Assembly: GCF_004010195.1 (NCBI RefSeq)
Contig: NC_057719.1
Location: 45,440,658 to 45,504,657, forward strand
Reading direction: 5' to 3'
Source: Chiloscyllium plagiosum
Lineage: Eukaryota
DNA: 64,000 nt
Below the pieces are notes generated by a model. The model worked only from the letters and a program-made list of their open reading frames with translations, had not been told where the DNA came from and ran no database searches. The translations under genes and the position numbers were made by a program. This document shows positions 1 to 10,694 of this stretch, one piece after another; positions within the stretch are counted from its first letter, which is position 1; each line of letters opens with the position of its first letter.

Positions 1-862
1 TCATTGGAGGGAATCCTGAGGGACAGGATGTACATGTATTTGGAAAGGCAAAGACTGATTTGGGATAGTCAACATGGCTTTGTGTGTGGGAAATCATGTC
101 TCACAAACTTGATTGAGTTTTTTGAAAAAGTAACAAAGAAGATTGATGAGGGCAGAGCAGTAGATGTGATCTATATGGACTTCAGTATGGTGTTCGACAA
201 GGTTCTCCATGGGAGACTGATTAGCGAGGTTAGATCTCATGGAATACAGGGAGAACTGGCCATTTGGATACGGAACAGGCTCAAAGGTAGAAGACAGAGG
301 GTGGTGGTGGAGGGTTGTTTTTCAGACTGGTGGCCTGTGACCAGTGGAGTGCCACAAGGATCGGTGCTAGGCCCTCTACCTTTTGTCATTTACATAAATG
401 ATTTGGATGCGAGCATATGAGGTACAGTTAGTAAGTTTGCAGATGACACCAAAATTGGAGGTGTAGTGGACAGTGAAGAGGGTTACCTCAAATAACAACA
501 GGATTTGGACCAGATGGGCCAATGGGCTGAGAAGTGGCAGATGGAGTTTAATTCAGATAAATGCGAGGTGCTGCATTTTGGGAAAGCAAAACTTAGCAGG
601 ACTTATACATTTAATGGTAAGATCCTAGGGAGTGTTGCTGAACAAAGAGACCTTGGAGTTAAGGTTCATAGCTTCTTGAAAGTGGGGTCGCAGTTAGATA
701 GGATAGTGAAGAAGGCATTTGGTATGCTTTCCTTTATTGGTCAGAGTATTGAGTACAGAAGTTGGGAGAACATGTTGCGGCTGTACAGGACATTGGTTCG
801 GCCACTGTTGGAATTTTGCATGCAATTCTGGTCTCCTTCCTATCGGAAAGATGTTGTGAAAC
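1..862 (+). mobile_element. CR1-clade LINE (HER1-like), RT-region fragment with premature stops
   Basis: Translations [53 protein letters not shown] are typical of CR1 ORF2. Stops abruptly at KDVVK (~862). Confidence 0.95.
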
Positions 863-863
863 A

Positions 864-1747
864 GATGTGGCACCCGATGTAGTTTATTTTCCCCCCTTTC
901 GGCCCTCTTACGTTCGTTACTGTTTACATGGGTTGGTGTGGCCTCAGTAGAGGCCAAGGGAGGGAATGTTGGGGTGATTTCACTGTGGTGTTTAATGTAG
1001 GGCTAGGGAGGGTGACACTAGTTCTGTAACAGACACTTCTAGTTCCAGCCCTGAAATGGTTAACAACAGCCAAGCGAGCTGCTGCTGGCGACTGCATGAC
1101 TACCTGGCTGGGGCTTGTAAGGGATATGCATAATGTTAATTAAATCTTGGAGCCTGTAAATACCAGCCAGTATCAATTGCCCCATCGAAACTTGGGATTA
1201 ATAAAGAAACCGATCGGAATCTGTAACTGTTAGACAAGTGTGAATTGCTCTATCGGAACCTGTAACTATTGAGTGCGAATGTCTCTATTTAAGTCTAAAG
1301 TTGATAAGTGTAATTGTCAATTTAGTTAAACTGAAACTATTGAAAATGGCTAGCCTGTCAGACGCATAGTAATTCCTTGGAACAATGAACTATTGAATAC
1401 GGGATCGGAACCGCTCCCGGGGATGGCTGAGCCATTGTCAAGCACAGCAGGAGTTGGACAGGCACTTCGATGCGGCCAATAGGAGGACGGATCCCCAGTG
1501 CGCGCCGATGAATGGACCAATGGGGAAGGCGAACTGACCTGGGACTCCAGGCAGCGCGAAGTATAATTGTGTCAAGTTTGAACGAGAAGGGAGAACGCCT
1601 TCTCCAACGAATGCATGCTTGTAGATTCGTTGTACCAGTTAAGATTCTGTGAATAAACGGCTGTCTGCGTCTAACCATAGTTGCCAGTGTGAGTCTCTCC
1701 TTCCGAAAGAACATGCAAAGACGGGACCCTGCGGGTCCGTCTTAACA
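864..1747 (+). mobile_element. LTR retroelement remnant: PBS-like site, short internal segment, PPT and one LTR (967-1747)
   Basis: TGGCACCCGATGT at 868-880 (PBS-like); purine tract AAGGGAGGGAA 956-966 directly before TGTT at 967; ends AACA at 1747. Contains CCAAT at 1476 and 1517, TATAA at 1562, AATAAA at 1652. Confidence 0.75.
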
Positions 1748-1862
1748 AGGGATATGGGCCGGGTGCTGGCAGGTGGGACTAGTTTGGGTTGGGATATCTG
1801 GTCGGCATAGATGGGTTGGACCGAAGGGTCTGTTTCTATGCTGTACATCTCTATGACTCTAT
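1748..1862 (+). mobile_element. CR1 LINE 3' end, continuing the 1-862 copy
   Basis: GGGATATGGGCC...GGACCGAAGGGTCTGTTTC...CTCTATGACTCTA matches the 3' ends of other CR1 copies here (e.g. 12420-12482). Confidence 0.9.
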
Positions 1863-2963
1863 TATAGTTGTTGTAATACTACAAATATCTAGGATCAAGC
1901 AAGGATGTAACTTCAACAGAGTCAAATCTGACATCATGTCAAATGACATTCTCATATAATGATACTAATCACGCTGTGACTGATTGCCATAGTACTTTTA
2001 ACTTCATCAGGAAGCTTTGATGGTCAATACATCTGTTGAATTGGAGAGCCCAGACCACATTGAATATCTGTGATAAAGTTCTAATATACTTTATTGTTTT
2101 GTGCATAAACCTTCTAATAGTTGTTGTTAGTAAGAATCATGTCTAAACGTTCAAGATCTCCAGCTAACAGAATGCTACAAGAATACTTCACACTCTCATA
2201 TTTCTGTACTCAGTAGCACCTGACATAAGGAGTGAGCATTGTAGAGCTACCAGATGGCACAAGATGTGCAGATGCTAAGAATGAAATGTCATGTTGTCCT
2301 TGTTGATCTCCTCTGCTATGACAATGTAACAGTTGAATGATAACAGTTGGAAATAAGTAACTTATAAGGCTGGGTTTAATGTTCTGCATGTGCGAGCCAC
2401 GGGTAGATGTGGAAGCAGCTGCACATTCATCGCCATTACATTCTATTAGTTACTTTGAAGCAAGACTTCTTTCTGCATCTTCCAACCACTGAGGTTGCAA
2501 TACTTCAGCAAAGTTGGGGCTAAGCAGGCAGTGCAGCAGGGGAAGAGAGAACTTGGGGGCAAGGGTGTTTCTGATCAAAGCAAAAAGGCATCCTTCCCTT
2601 TTCCCTAGCTGAAGCCCAGGCAGTGTTACTACCAGGTTTTTGACCCATTGGTAATCTCAGACTGCCTGTGGAAACACCAGCAGAAGCAGGGAGTGGCCAC
2701 TTAACAGCTTCAAAGGAGACTAGGGCAGGAAGATTGTCCAATATTACCCCTGCCATTCTTAAAATTGTGAGCAAGCAGGTGAGTGATGAGATGACTGTCC
2801 ATAGCATTTTATAGTTTACCTCCTTCCATCCCACCACTCCACTTAAAAACCTGCCTTCCCAAGAGTATGAAAATGCCCATGGGGTAAGAATGTAGCTTAG
2901 AGTGAAGATGTACCTGGGAGGTATGAGAATGTAATTTAGGATTTACAACTTGTGATATTCTAA

Positions 2964-3156
2964 AATGATGAAATAAAGAACTGCAGATGCCAGAAATCTG
3001 AAACAAAAACGGAAATTGCTGGAGAAACTCTGTAGGTCCAGATGTATCTGTGGAGGGAGAGAGAACAGAATTAATGTTTCAAGCCCAGTGACTTGTCCTA
3101 AAGAAGTCATTTGACTTGAAATGTTGATGAGTTTCTCCAGCAATTTCTGATTTTGT
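2964..3156 (-). mobile_element. Penelope-like pLTR fold-back insertion (family B), degenerate
   Basis: AAACAAAAACGGAAATTGCTGGAGAAACTC is inverted-repeated as GAGTTTCTCCAGCAATTTCTGATTTTGTTT; TSD core TTGTGATAT at 2950-2958 and 3157-3165; similar to 8633-8760 and 44335-44570. Confidence 0.7.
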
Positions 3157-3327
3157 TTGTGATATAGTAACTTGGGGGATGAATATGAAATTTAGGAATT
3201 CTGTAACTTGTATTGAAGTTCTAAATTGGCAGGATTGGAAATCGTTTTGGATTGAGAAAGCTATTTAGGAGGGTGAGTATGAATATGTTGATTTAATAGA
3301 ATGGCATTGTTGGAATTTAGTCAAACT

Positions 3328-4144
3328 GTTGCATCAAGACACTGTTCAAAAGGGCCACAACAGACTGCAGTACACCAGAACTGCAAAAAGAGGAAGAACA
3401 CCTCTACAACGTATTCACCAAAAACGGATACCCCCGCAATTTCATCAACAGATGCCTAAGGGAAAGACAATGGAATGAGGACATGCCACAACCCAAAGGA
3501 CTAGCCACACTACCGTACATCAAAAACATTTCTGAACTGACAGCCAGACTACTGCGACCACTAGGACTCATAACAGCACACAAACCAACAGCCACTCTCA
3601 GACAACAACTCACCAGGACGAAGGATCTGATACCCGGCATGAGCAAAACCAATGTAGTGTACAAAATCCCATGAAAGGACTGCGCAAAACACTACATAGG
3701 ACAAACAGGAAGACAGCTAACAATCCGCATCCATGTACACCAACTAGCCACGAAACGACATGACCAGCTATCCTTAGTAGCCACACACTCAGATTACAAG
3801 CAACATGAGTTCGACTGGGACAACACTACTATTATAGGACAAGCCAAACAGAGAACAGCCAGGGAATTCCTAGAGGCATGGCACTTATCCACAGATTCAA
3901 TCAATAAGCACATTGACCTGGACCCAATATACCGACCACTGCGACAGCTGGAACTGACAACCGGAAGCAGCAGATACAAGTCACTATAAATGCCGGAGGA
4001 AAGATCACAGAAGCGCTTCACAGGAGGCTCCCAAGCACTGAGGATGTCACCTAGACAGGGGACGAAACATCTGCAACACAAATTCCCAGCTCGGCGAACA
4101 GAACCACAACAACAAGCACCCGAGCTACAAATCTTCTCACAAAC
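3328..4144 (+). mobile_element. Penelope-like element (Poseidon-type), 5'-truncated: RT thumb, GIY-YIG endonuclease, 3' pLTR with hammerhead
   Basis: Reads ...FTKNGYP...LPYIKNISE...NVVYKIP*KDCAKHYIGQTGR..IRIHVH...REFLEAWH (GIY-YIG); 11 bp TSD TTAGTCAAACT at 3317-3327 and 4145-4155. Confidence 0.92.
4035..4074 (+). ncRNA. Minimal hammerhead ribozyme motif (PLE family D)
   Basis: GCA-CTGAGGA-T-GTC(A)CCT-AGAC-AGG(G)GAC-GAAACATC-TGC: stem I GCA/TGC, core CUGANGA and GAAA, stem II present. Confidence 0.75.
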
Positions 4145-4224
4145 TTAGTCAAACTAAATCAAGTAACATAATTGATACAAATTCTGCAATCAGACAGAAC
4201 TCTTCTTGGACAGGATTGGGTTTG

Positions 4225-4510
4225 GAGATCTGAGGAACATTCAGGGCCCATGGCATGAATTCATTACTGGGTGTCCTGACTTCAAACATCACCTGTGGAA
4301 TTTTACTTCAGTTAACTGGAATAAATAGTAATTATTGGTGCTGGTGTCTATGTTACTACCAGATAGTTGTGAAACCCCGTGCGGTTCACTAGGGAAGGAA
4401 ATCTGCGGTATTCACTGCCTCTGATTAGAACCACAGCTATCTGAAACTGTTTAGGCCAGGCGACCAGTCAGCGCTGTGACCACACCCATATTCCCGTAAA
4501 TGAATAAAAA
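4225..4510 (+). mobile_element. Degenerate SINE/LINE-tail repeat
   Basis: Ends ...CACCCATATTCCCGTAAATGAATAAAAA; related inverted copies at ~33940-34570 and ~48110-48380. Confidence 0.45.
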
Positions 4511-4786
4511 ACACTATAACGCGGAACCTCCGAGGAAGAGGACTTTATATAACACCATGGAGGAGGACAACACAAGGCACCAGCGTGTGTTGCCCTGAGC
4601 TGCGACTCATGGAAAGGATGCTTTCCCATTAAGGGCAGCGCTCTCTCGGCTCAAACGAAACGTCTCCGCAACTCATTCTCTCAGTGTTGGGTCTGCCTGA
4701 CGGAGTTGACGCGATGTGTTAGGCAGCTAAACGTGGAAAAGAATGGTCCCGCTGAATGAAATTGTCACAGTTGAGAAGTTTATCTC

Positions 4787-5245
4787 GTGAGCAGAGCTGG
4801 GCATATCGGACTGGGACGGGACGGGCTGAGCTGGGTGAGGCTAGGTTGGGTCGGAATAGCCGGAGCTGGGACAAACTGTACTGACCTGGGTCAGGGTGAG
4901 CTGGTTAGGACAGGCTGGGTTAGGTTAGGAGAGAGAGAGAAAGAGACTGGGCAGAGCTGGGTCAGGGTAGACTTGGTTAGGAGTGTCTGGGCAGAGCTGG
5001 GTCGGAGAGATTGGGTTAAAAGAGACTGGGCTGAGCTGGGTCAAGGTAAACTGGGCTGAGCTGGGTAGGGGTAGACCAGGGCTTTTGTCCGAAACGTCGA
5101 TTTTCCTGCTCCTCGGATGCTGCCTGAACTGCTGTGCTTTACCAGCACCACTCTAATCCAGAATCTGGTTTCTGCAGTCATTGTTTTTACCTAGGTTAGG
5201 ACAGGCTGGATTAGGTTGGGAGAGACGGGGCTGAGCTGGGTCTGA
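4787..5245 (+). repeat. Degenerate G-rich pentamer array (GAGCT/GGGCT/GGGTC/AGGTT) upstream of PTGDR
   Basis: Recurrent GGGCTGAGCTGGGT, GGCAGAGCTGGGTC and GGTTAGGACAGGCTGG units with strong G skew. Confidence 0.75.
5078..5191 (+). mobile_element. Penelope pLTR fragment (family A) lacking the CTGATGA half of the hammerhead
   Basis: AGGGCTTTTGTCCGAAACGTCGATTTTCCTGCTCCTCGGATGCTGCCTG...CCAGAATCTGGTTT matches the copy at 27202-27484. Confidence 0.8.
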
Positions 5246-5404
5246 CTTTCGCCCTCCAACACTAAACATCTGAAACTCTGCGGACACCAAAGCCGGACCT
5301 CACCCGGAGTGTCTCCAAACCGCTGGGGGAACCTAATTATTTATTTTAAAGTTCTTTACAAAGACATTTCCCGACTTCTGCTCCCCCGGACAAAGAATAA
5401 AGCG

Positions 5405-6181
5405 ATGGGATCTTGTGAAAATATCCACAATGTCCAAAAGGACAGCAAAGTAGTGACCAGCATCTTGCTGTTCAGCACCGGACTGCTCGGTAACACCATC
5501 GCCCTGGCCATTCTGGGCAAACACAAGTGGGACAGCAAAAAGGTGTCCGTCTTTTACATCCTCGTCACCGGCCTGGTGCTGACTGACCTCTTCGGAAAGT
5601 GCCTCATTAGTCCAGTGGTGTTCGCTTCTTACGCCTCAAACCTCACCTTGAAAGCTATGGGGAGTAACAACACCCTGTGTAACTACTTCTCCTTCTCCAT
5701 GTCCTTCTTCGGCTTATCCTCAATGTTTATCCTGTTCGCCATGGCCCTGGAGTGCTGGCTGTCCATAAGCCACCCGTTCTTTTATCAGGAACACTTCACC
5801 AAGCGCCTGGCAGTCCTCATTTTGCCGGTGGTTTACATTTGCTGCCTACTGTTCTGCTCAATGCCCCTGCTGGGAGTTGGGAGCACAAAGCAGTACTGCC
5901 CGGGTACTTGGTGCTTCTTTAACATGAATAAACCGAACTCGCCTTTTTCAGTGCTGTACGCCACCCTCATGGCCGCTCTCATCGTCGCTGTGATACTCTG
6001 TAACAGTTCCGTTGCTATTAACTTGACCAAAATGTACCGGAGACAAAGGCGGATGAGCAATCCCAACCTGAGCGTGGTTAATCGCTCCCGCCGGCAGTTC
6101 AGTCACTCTGAGGAGATGGAGAATCTCATCCTCTTGGTTCTCATGAGTATCATCTTTCTCATTTGCTCCCTGCCCCTCACG
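5405..6181 (+). CDS. PTGDR: Prostaglandin D2 receptor DP1, coding exon 1 (N-terminus to TM6)
   Basis: ATG at 5405 (GCGATGG). Motifs LFSTGLLGN, TDLFGKCLISP (TM2 Lys typical of DP1), MALECWLS (ECW replaces DRY as in DP1), HPFFY, QYCPGTWCF, CSLPLT. Donor ACG|GTAAGA at 6181/6182 is the conserved prostanoid-receptor intron position at the end of TM6. Confidence 0.93.
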
Positions 6182-6532
6182 GTAAGATCACCTCATTTTC
6201 TGTTTTGTTTTAGTGCGGTTTACTTGTAAAATAAAACACCGTCAAGCGAACAAAAAACTTAACGAGCGAGCTACACAGCAGACCCAGCGGAGCGCACGTT
6301 TTTATAAACGCAACATATTCGCAATTTCAAATGGCGCGAAACTTGGAAAAAAGCGAGGGCGATTGTAACAGACTTCACACTGGCGAAGGCTCGGACTCCA
6401 CGCAGATTTTAGAGGTTCATGCTCATGTTGGTAGATAAGTTATGTAGTAGAATGTAACATTGTCTGCAAGAAAAAAGTATTTTGAAGGTGACAAGATCAT
6501 TTAACTTGCATCCGTGGCTTTGTAGATGGACA

Positions 6533-6640
6533 TGATGAGTTGGTGCCGGTGTTGGAATGGGGTGGACAAAGTTAAAAATGACACAACGCCCAGGTTATCG
6601 TCCAACAGGTTTATTTGGAAGAACTAGCTTTAGGAGCGAA
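6533..6640 (-). mobile_element. Penelope pLTR 3' fragment (family C)
   Basis: GCCGGTGTTGG...ACAAAGTTAAAAATGACACAAC...TCCAACAGGTTTATTTGGAAGAACTAGCTTT matches 57807-57930 and 35316-35395. Confidence 0.8.
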
Positions 6641-6836
6641 GATGGAGACAAAGTTTAAAAAAAAATCGAAGCAGTTTTACATAACAATGGCTGGAAAATT
6701 GTGGCAATCTGCATTTTTCCTGGTATCTGTTTGGAAGGTAACATTGAAAATGTGCGGGCAGGTTAATAAATGTACTTAATGCAGTAAGGTGAGTTACATC
6801 TTTAGATTAAGGACTCCTCGGATGTCACAGGTATTA

Positions 6837-6954
6837 GGAGAGAGTGAGGACTGCAGATGCTAGAGATCAGAGTCTAAAAGTGTGGCCGCTGAAAAAGCAC
6901 AGCCGGTCAGGCGGCATCCGAGCTCGTCTCAGTCTGCTTTTCCAGCGCCACACG
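6837..6954 (-). mobile_element. Penelope pLTR mini fold-back insertion (family A)
   Basis: 13 bp TSD GTCACAGGTATTA at 6824-6836 and 6955-6967; internal inverted arms GTGTGGCCGCTGAAAAAGCA / TGCTTTTCCAGCGCCACAC. Confidence 0.85.
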
Positions 6955-7799
6955 GTCACAGGTATTACCCTGGGAGACTGTTCCAAAACAAGTTTCGCTT
7001 ATGCTTCAGAAACGGGACCGATAGAGGTTAAACAATAATAAAAAAAATCCGGATGATTTGACAATGGAAAAGACCGTTCAGTGATGCATGAAGACATTTC
7101 TGGATATAGAAGGAAAAAAAAGACAAAAAAATCCCAAAACATTTCCTTTTCTCGCAGAAGAATTGCTGGGTTCCACGGCTCGCAGCATGTTTTGTGGCAA
7201 CTGTCATAGCTGTGGGATGGATCATTTCGTTGTTGTGGTTAACTGAAAAAAAAAATGGAATGACTAAAAATGAGATTGCTTGTTTATTACTCATATGAAC
7301 CTCTTCGCTAAAATCTTTGGCAGGAGGAATTTAGCCTTTCCTTTTGACACCAAATATTTCTAGATCATGTGTCCCTTATTATCATTAAGCAAACTGATGA
7401 TGATGATGTCAATCATGGGAATGCATCCTAGAACATTGATTTTTTTTCTGGCAGATTTGTGTGTGAACAATCTGCCAGGCTGTCAAATCTATTGGTATAT
7501 TTGTTAAATGTTTGCACATGAATTATTTAAATTGCCATCAGTACAGATAAATAAGTGCCAGTTCTGATTTTTTACTTTGGCAATCACTCTCCAAGCATCC
7601 ATTGCACCTTTTCCAGATCACCCATCACAGGACCAAGGTTAGCACAGCATTTCAAATGTATCTTAGTCAGTTTTTTTGTACAAACCTATTGCTCTTTTAG
7701 CTTTATATTAGCTACTTTACTTGCCTCATGCCACTAGTTATGCGCTTTCTGAAATTCGGATTATTGATATTCCTGAATCTTTTTCCCACTCATGGTAGG

Positions 7800-8600
7800 A
7801 ACAGTTAGACAGGAGCTTCCAGGCCAATTTGTTTGAGGTTTGTTATAGCGAAGTTTCTAGAATTTGTTATTAGAGACAGAGTAACTGGCAATTCAGTGAC
7901 TATCAACTGACTAGAAGACCCAGCACAGCTTTGAATTGAGTAAACCATGGTTAATGAATCTATTGGATTTAATTTTGATGCAGTAATAAACATAGTAAGT
8001 AAGGTAGTGCCAGTGGATATAATGTGTGGATTTCCAAAAGATATTTGAGATTCAACATAGGAAATAGTTAACAAAATTATGAGCACATTTGAATATGAGG
8101 AAACACATTCGTTTTGATAGAAAATTGAGTAGAAGGTAGGAGTCAGAGAGTCAGGATAATGGGTATGCATTAAATTGATAGTTATGGTTAGCGATGTCAA
8201 CCAAGAATCAATCCTAGGGTATCAATTGTTGACTATATTTAGAAATAATGTGAAGGAGTAGAGATTTTTTTTTAATCTAGGTTTATTGAGAACACTAAGT
8301 GGCAGAGTAAATTGTCTAGATAGGAGCAGAACGTTGCAAGGGAACATTGATAGATTAAGTGTGCAGAACTGTGGCAAATCATTTTCAGCATTTGAAAATG
8401 TCAGTCAATTCATTTTGGATCTAAGAAATGATAAAATATTTCCAAATGGCAAGAAGCTAGAAACTATTGATGAGCAAATGAATTTAAGGGTTCAGGTTAA
8501 GAAGTTATCCGAAAGCTAGTGGACAATGACAAAAAAAATGAAAAGATTGAGTTCAGCCTTAATCTCGAAGTCTAGAATATGGCGAGGTGTACATTATTTC
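7800..8600 (+). mobile_element. Old, highly degenerate CR1 LINE fragment
   Basis: Remnant RT-like segments (GTGGATATAATGTGTGGATTTCCAAAAG; LQGNIDRLS). Confidence 0.55.
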
Positions 8601-8632
8601 ATGTTTGAACAGCAGAATTAGACTTAGTGTAA

Positions 8633-9145
8633 AATAAAAACTGAGGTTGCTGGAGATCTGAAATAAAAACAGAGCATGCTGGAGAAACTTGGGTTTGGCA
8701 GCATCTGTGGAGAGAAAAACAGTTTACATTTCGAGTCCAGTGAATCTTCATCAGAACTGAAGCAGATGGGGAATGGTGGCATTTATTCTGATGACGGTGG
8801 TTGGTGGAGCCTGGGGTTGCTGGTATTGGGCAGCATGGGGAAAGGCATGAGTCGAACATATGGAGATGATGCCCAGAAAGAGGGAGCAAAAAGAAAATGA
8901 GTTACTGATAAGCTAGGAGAGAGACAAGTGCTGAATGGCTGCTAATGGGAAGTGTGAATAGTTGAAAATGGGTTGGCTGTGTTGGGAGTAATCCATACAG
9001 AGCAAGACCTGGAGGAAGGTGTTCATGCTCTGAAGTTGTTAACACAATGTTCAGTTCTGAGGGCTGTAAGATACCTAGTTGGAAGATGAGGTGTTGTTCC
9101 TCCTGATTGCATTGAGCTTTGCTGGAGCACTACAACAGTCAGAAA
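8633..9145 (-). mobile_element. Penelope-like element 3' end (Neptune-type ORF C-terminus plus pLTR, family B) with hammerhead at ~8720-8760
   Basis: Minus strand encodes CSSKAQCNQEEQHLIFQLGILQPSELNI; hammerhead reads CAGTT-CTGATGA-A-GATT..ACTC-GAAATGTA-AACTG with a 5 bp stem I. Confidence 0.8.
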
Positions 9146-10030
9146 CTTTGGCATAAGCATTACTATTGGTTACACAGTCCAGAGAATTTTGACTTTTGGT
9201 CTGTGCTCAATTCGATAATTTCAATGACAGATATGACAATTGGAGTTGGTAGCCTGGAGAACAAAAGATTGGTAGATTTTTACTCTTGGTTGTGATTCAG
9301 TGTGCCTTTCTGAAAGGGAATTTGTGAATACTGAGCAATGAAGTCCTTCTGTGGTTGAAGAGCCTGATGACATTCACTACTTAGGTTTACACATAGAACA
9401 GTGGACATTTGGCTGACTTAGTGGAATGTATTCTGTGTGCAAAGGACATTATCTCAGGATAAATCAGTATATCCAGGGCAGAAAGGGTGAGAGCCAGCAT
9501 AAACATGATGAAGAAAAAAATAATTACGTGGTTGTACATTATTGGAATAAATGACGACACTTACATTTTTCTTGTTTGTTATATTTCATGGAATAAAATC
9601 CTGAAGATCAGATTAGATGATCACCTGATTTGAAACCAATGTTAAACTGTTTCTTATTATACAGAGATTACTATGTGATGTATGGCATTTATCTGTGGAT
9701 TCAGAAATATGATTTTGGCTTCCTGTCTTAGCTGGTAGTGATATTTTTTTCTCTCAAGTGATACATTTTATGAGTCATGAAGAGCAGAGGAAAAACAACT
9801 TTAGCATCCTCTTATGTTTGTGACTTGCTAAAGAATGACCTTATCAATATTCATGAAATTGCCTCTGATTAAATGACTCCATCCCAGAGGCAGACTAAAA
9901 GAGGATAATGAAATGGTGGGGTCTGTCTTTGGATAGGTATGTAAGATTGTAAACTATATGCAAGATGTCAATATGGAATAATTCTTTAAACTGTGAAAAT
10001 CAAGCTCTGAATTTGCAAAAGGTAGGTTTA

Positions 10031-10072
10031 AGATTCGCAATGGAAGATTCGCAATGGAAGATTCGCAATGGA
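10031..10072 (+). repeat. Perfect 14 bp tandem triplication (AGATTCGCAATGGA)x3
   Basis: Read directly from the sequence. Confidence 0.9.
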
Positions 10073-10694
10073 AGACTTTTTAAGTCGAGCAATCAACAAT
10101 TGACACAGAGGTAGCAGCAGTTTTTTGATCAGTAAGGGAATTAAGGATGATGGGGAAAAGGCAGGATCGTAACAGATTGCTGCACAAAGAAAAGATCTTC
10201 TCCACCCCTTTAGTTCTTTAGTCAATTTGCCTAAATCTGTACTCTCTAGCTATTGATGCTCATGCCAATGAAAAATGCATTTCTTTTTTTCCTCTTATCA
10301 AAAGGCCCCATCATTCTGAGCATCTTTATTAAATCTCCCTTTAGCTTTCTTTGTTGTGAAGAAAACAGTTCCAGTTTCTTTCGTCTCTTCCCAGCATAAA
10401 AAGTTAACATCCAAGTTCAGCAGGTAATAGGGAAGGCAAATGGAATCCCAAGAATCACCAAGAAATAATTAGATACAGCAATGAAAGTACAGTATCATTT
10501 TCCAGAATAGGGAGCTATTCGAAGCTGAAAGGCCTTTCATATTCATCAATATCTACTGATCTTGTTATATAGGGTTTTATGTGGGATTGCATGGAGTATC
10601 CATACAATGAAAAAAATTAGATAGTTTGGGTAGAATTTGATCATATAGTTAAAACTGTAAACCCTTGAAATTAAAGCGTATAATTAAAGTAGCT

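Noticed and set aside
4514..4552. TATA-like motifs as the PTGDR core promoter
   Set aside because: They lie about 850-890 bp from the ATG with no TSS evidence; cannot be supported from sequence alone.
5309..5404. N-terminal extension in the 306 aa ORF call
   Set aside because: It starts at GTG; ATG 5405 has good context and gives an N-terminus of DP1-like length. The ORF tail after 6181 is intron read-through.
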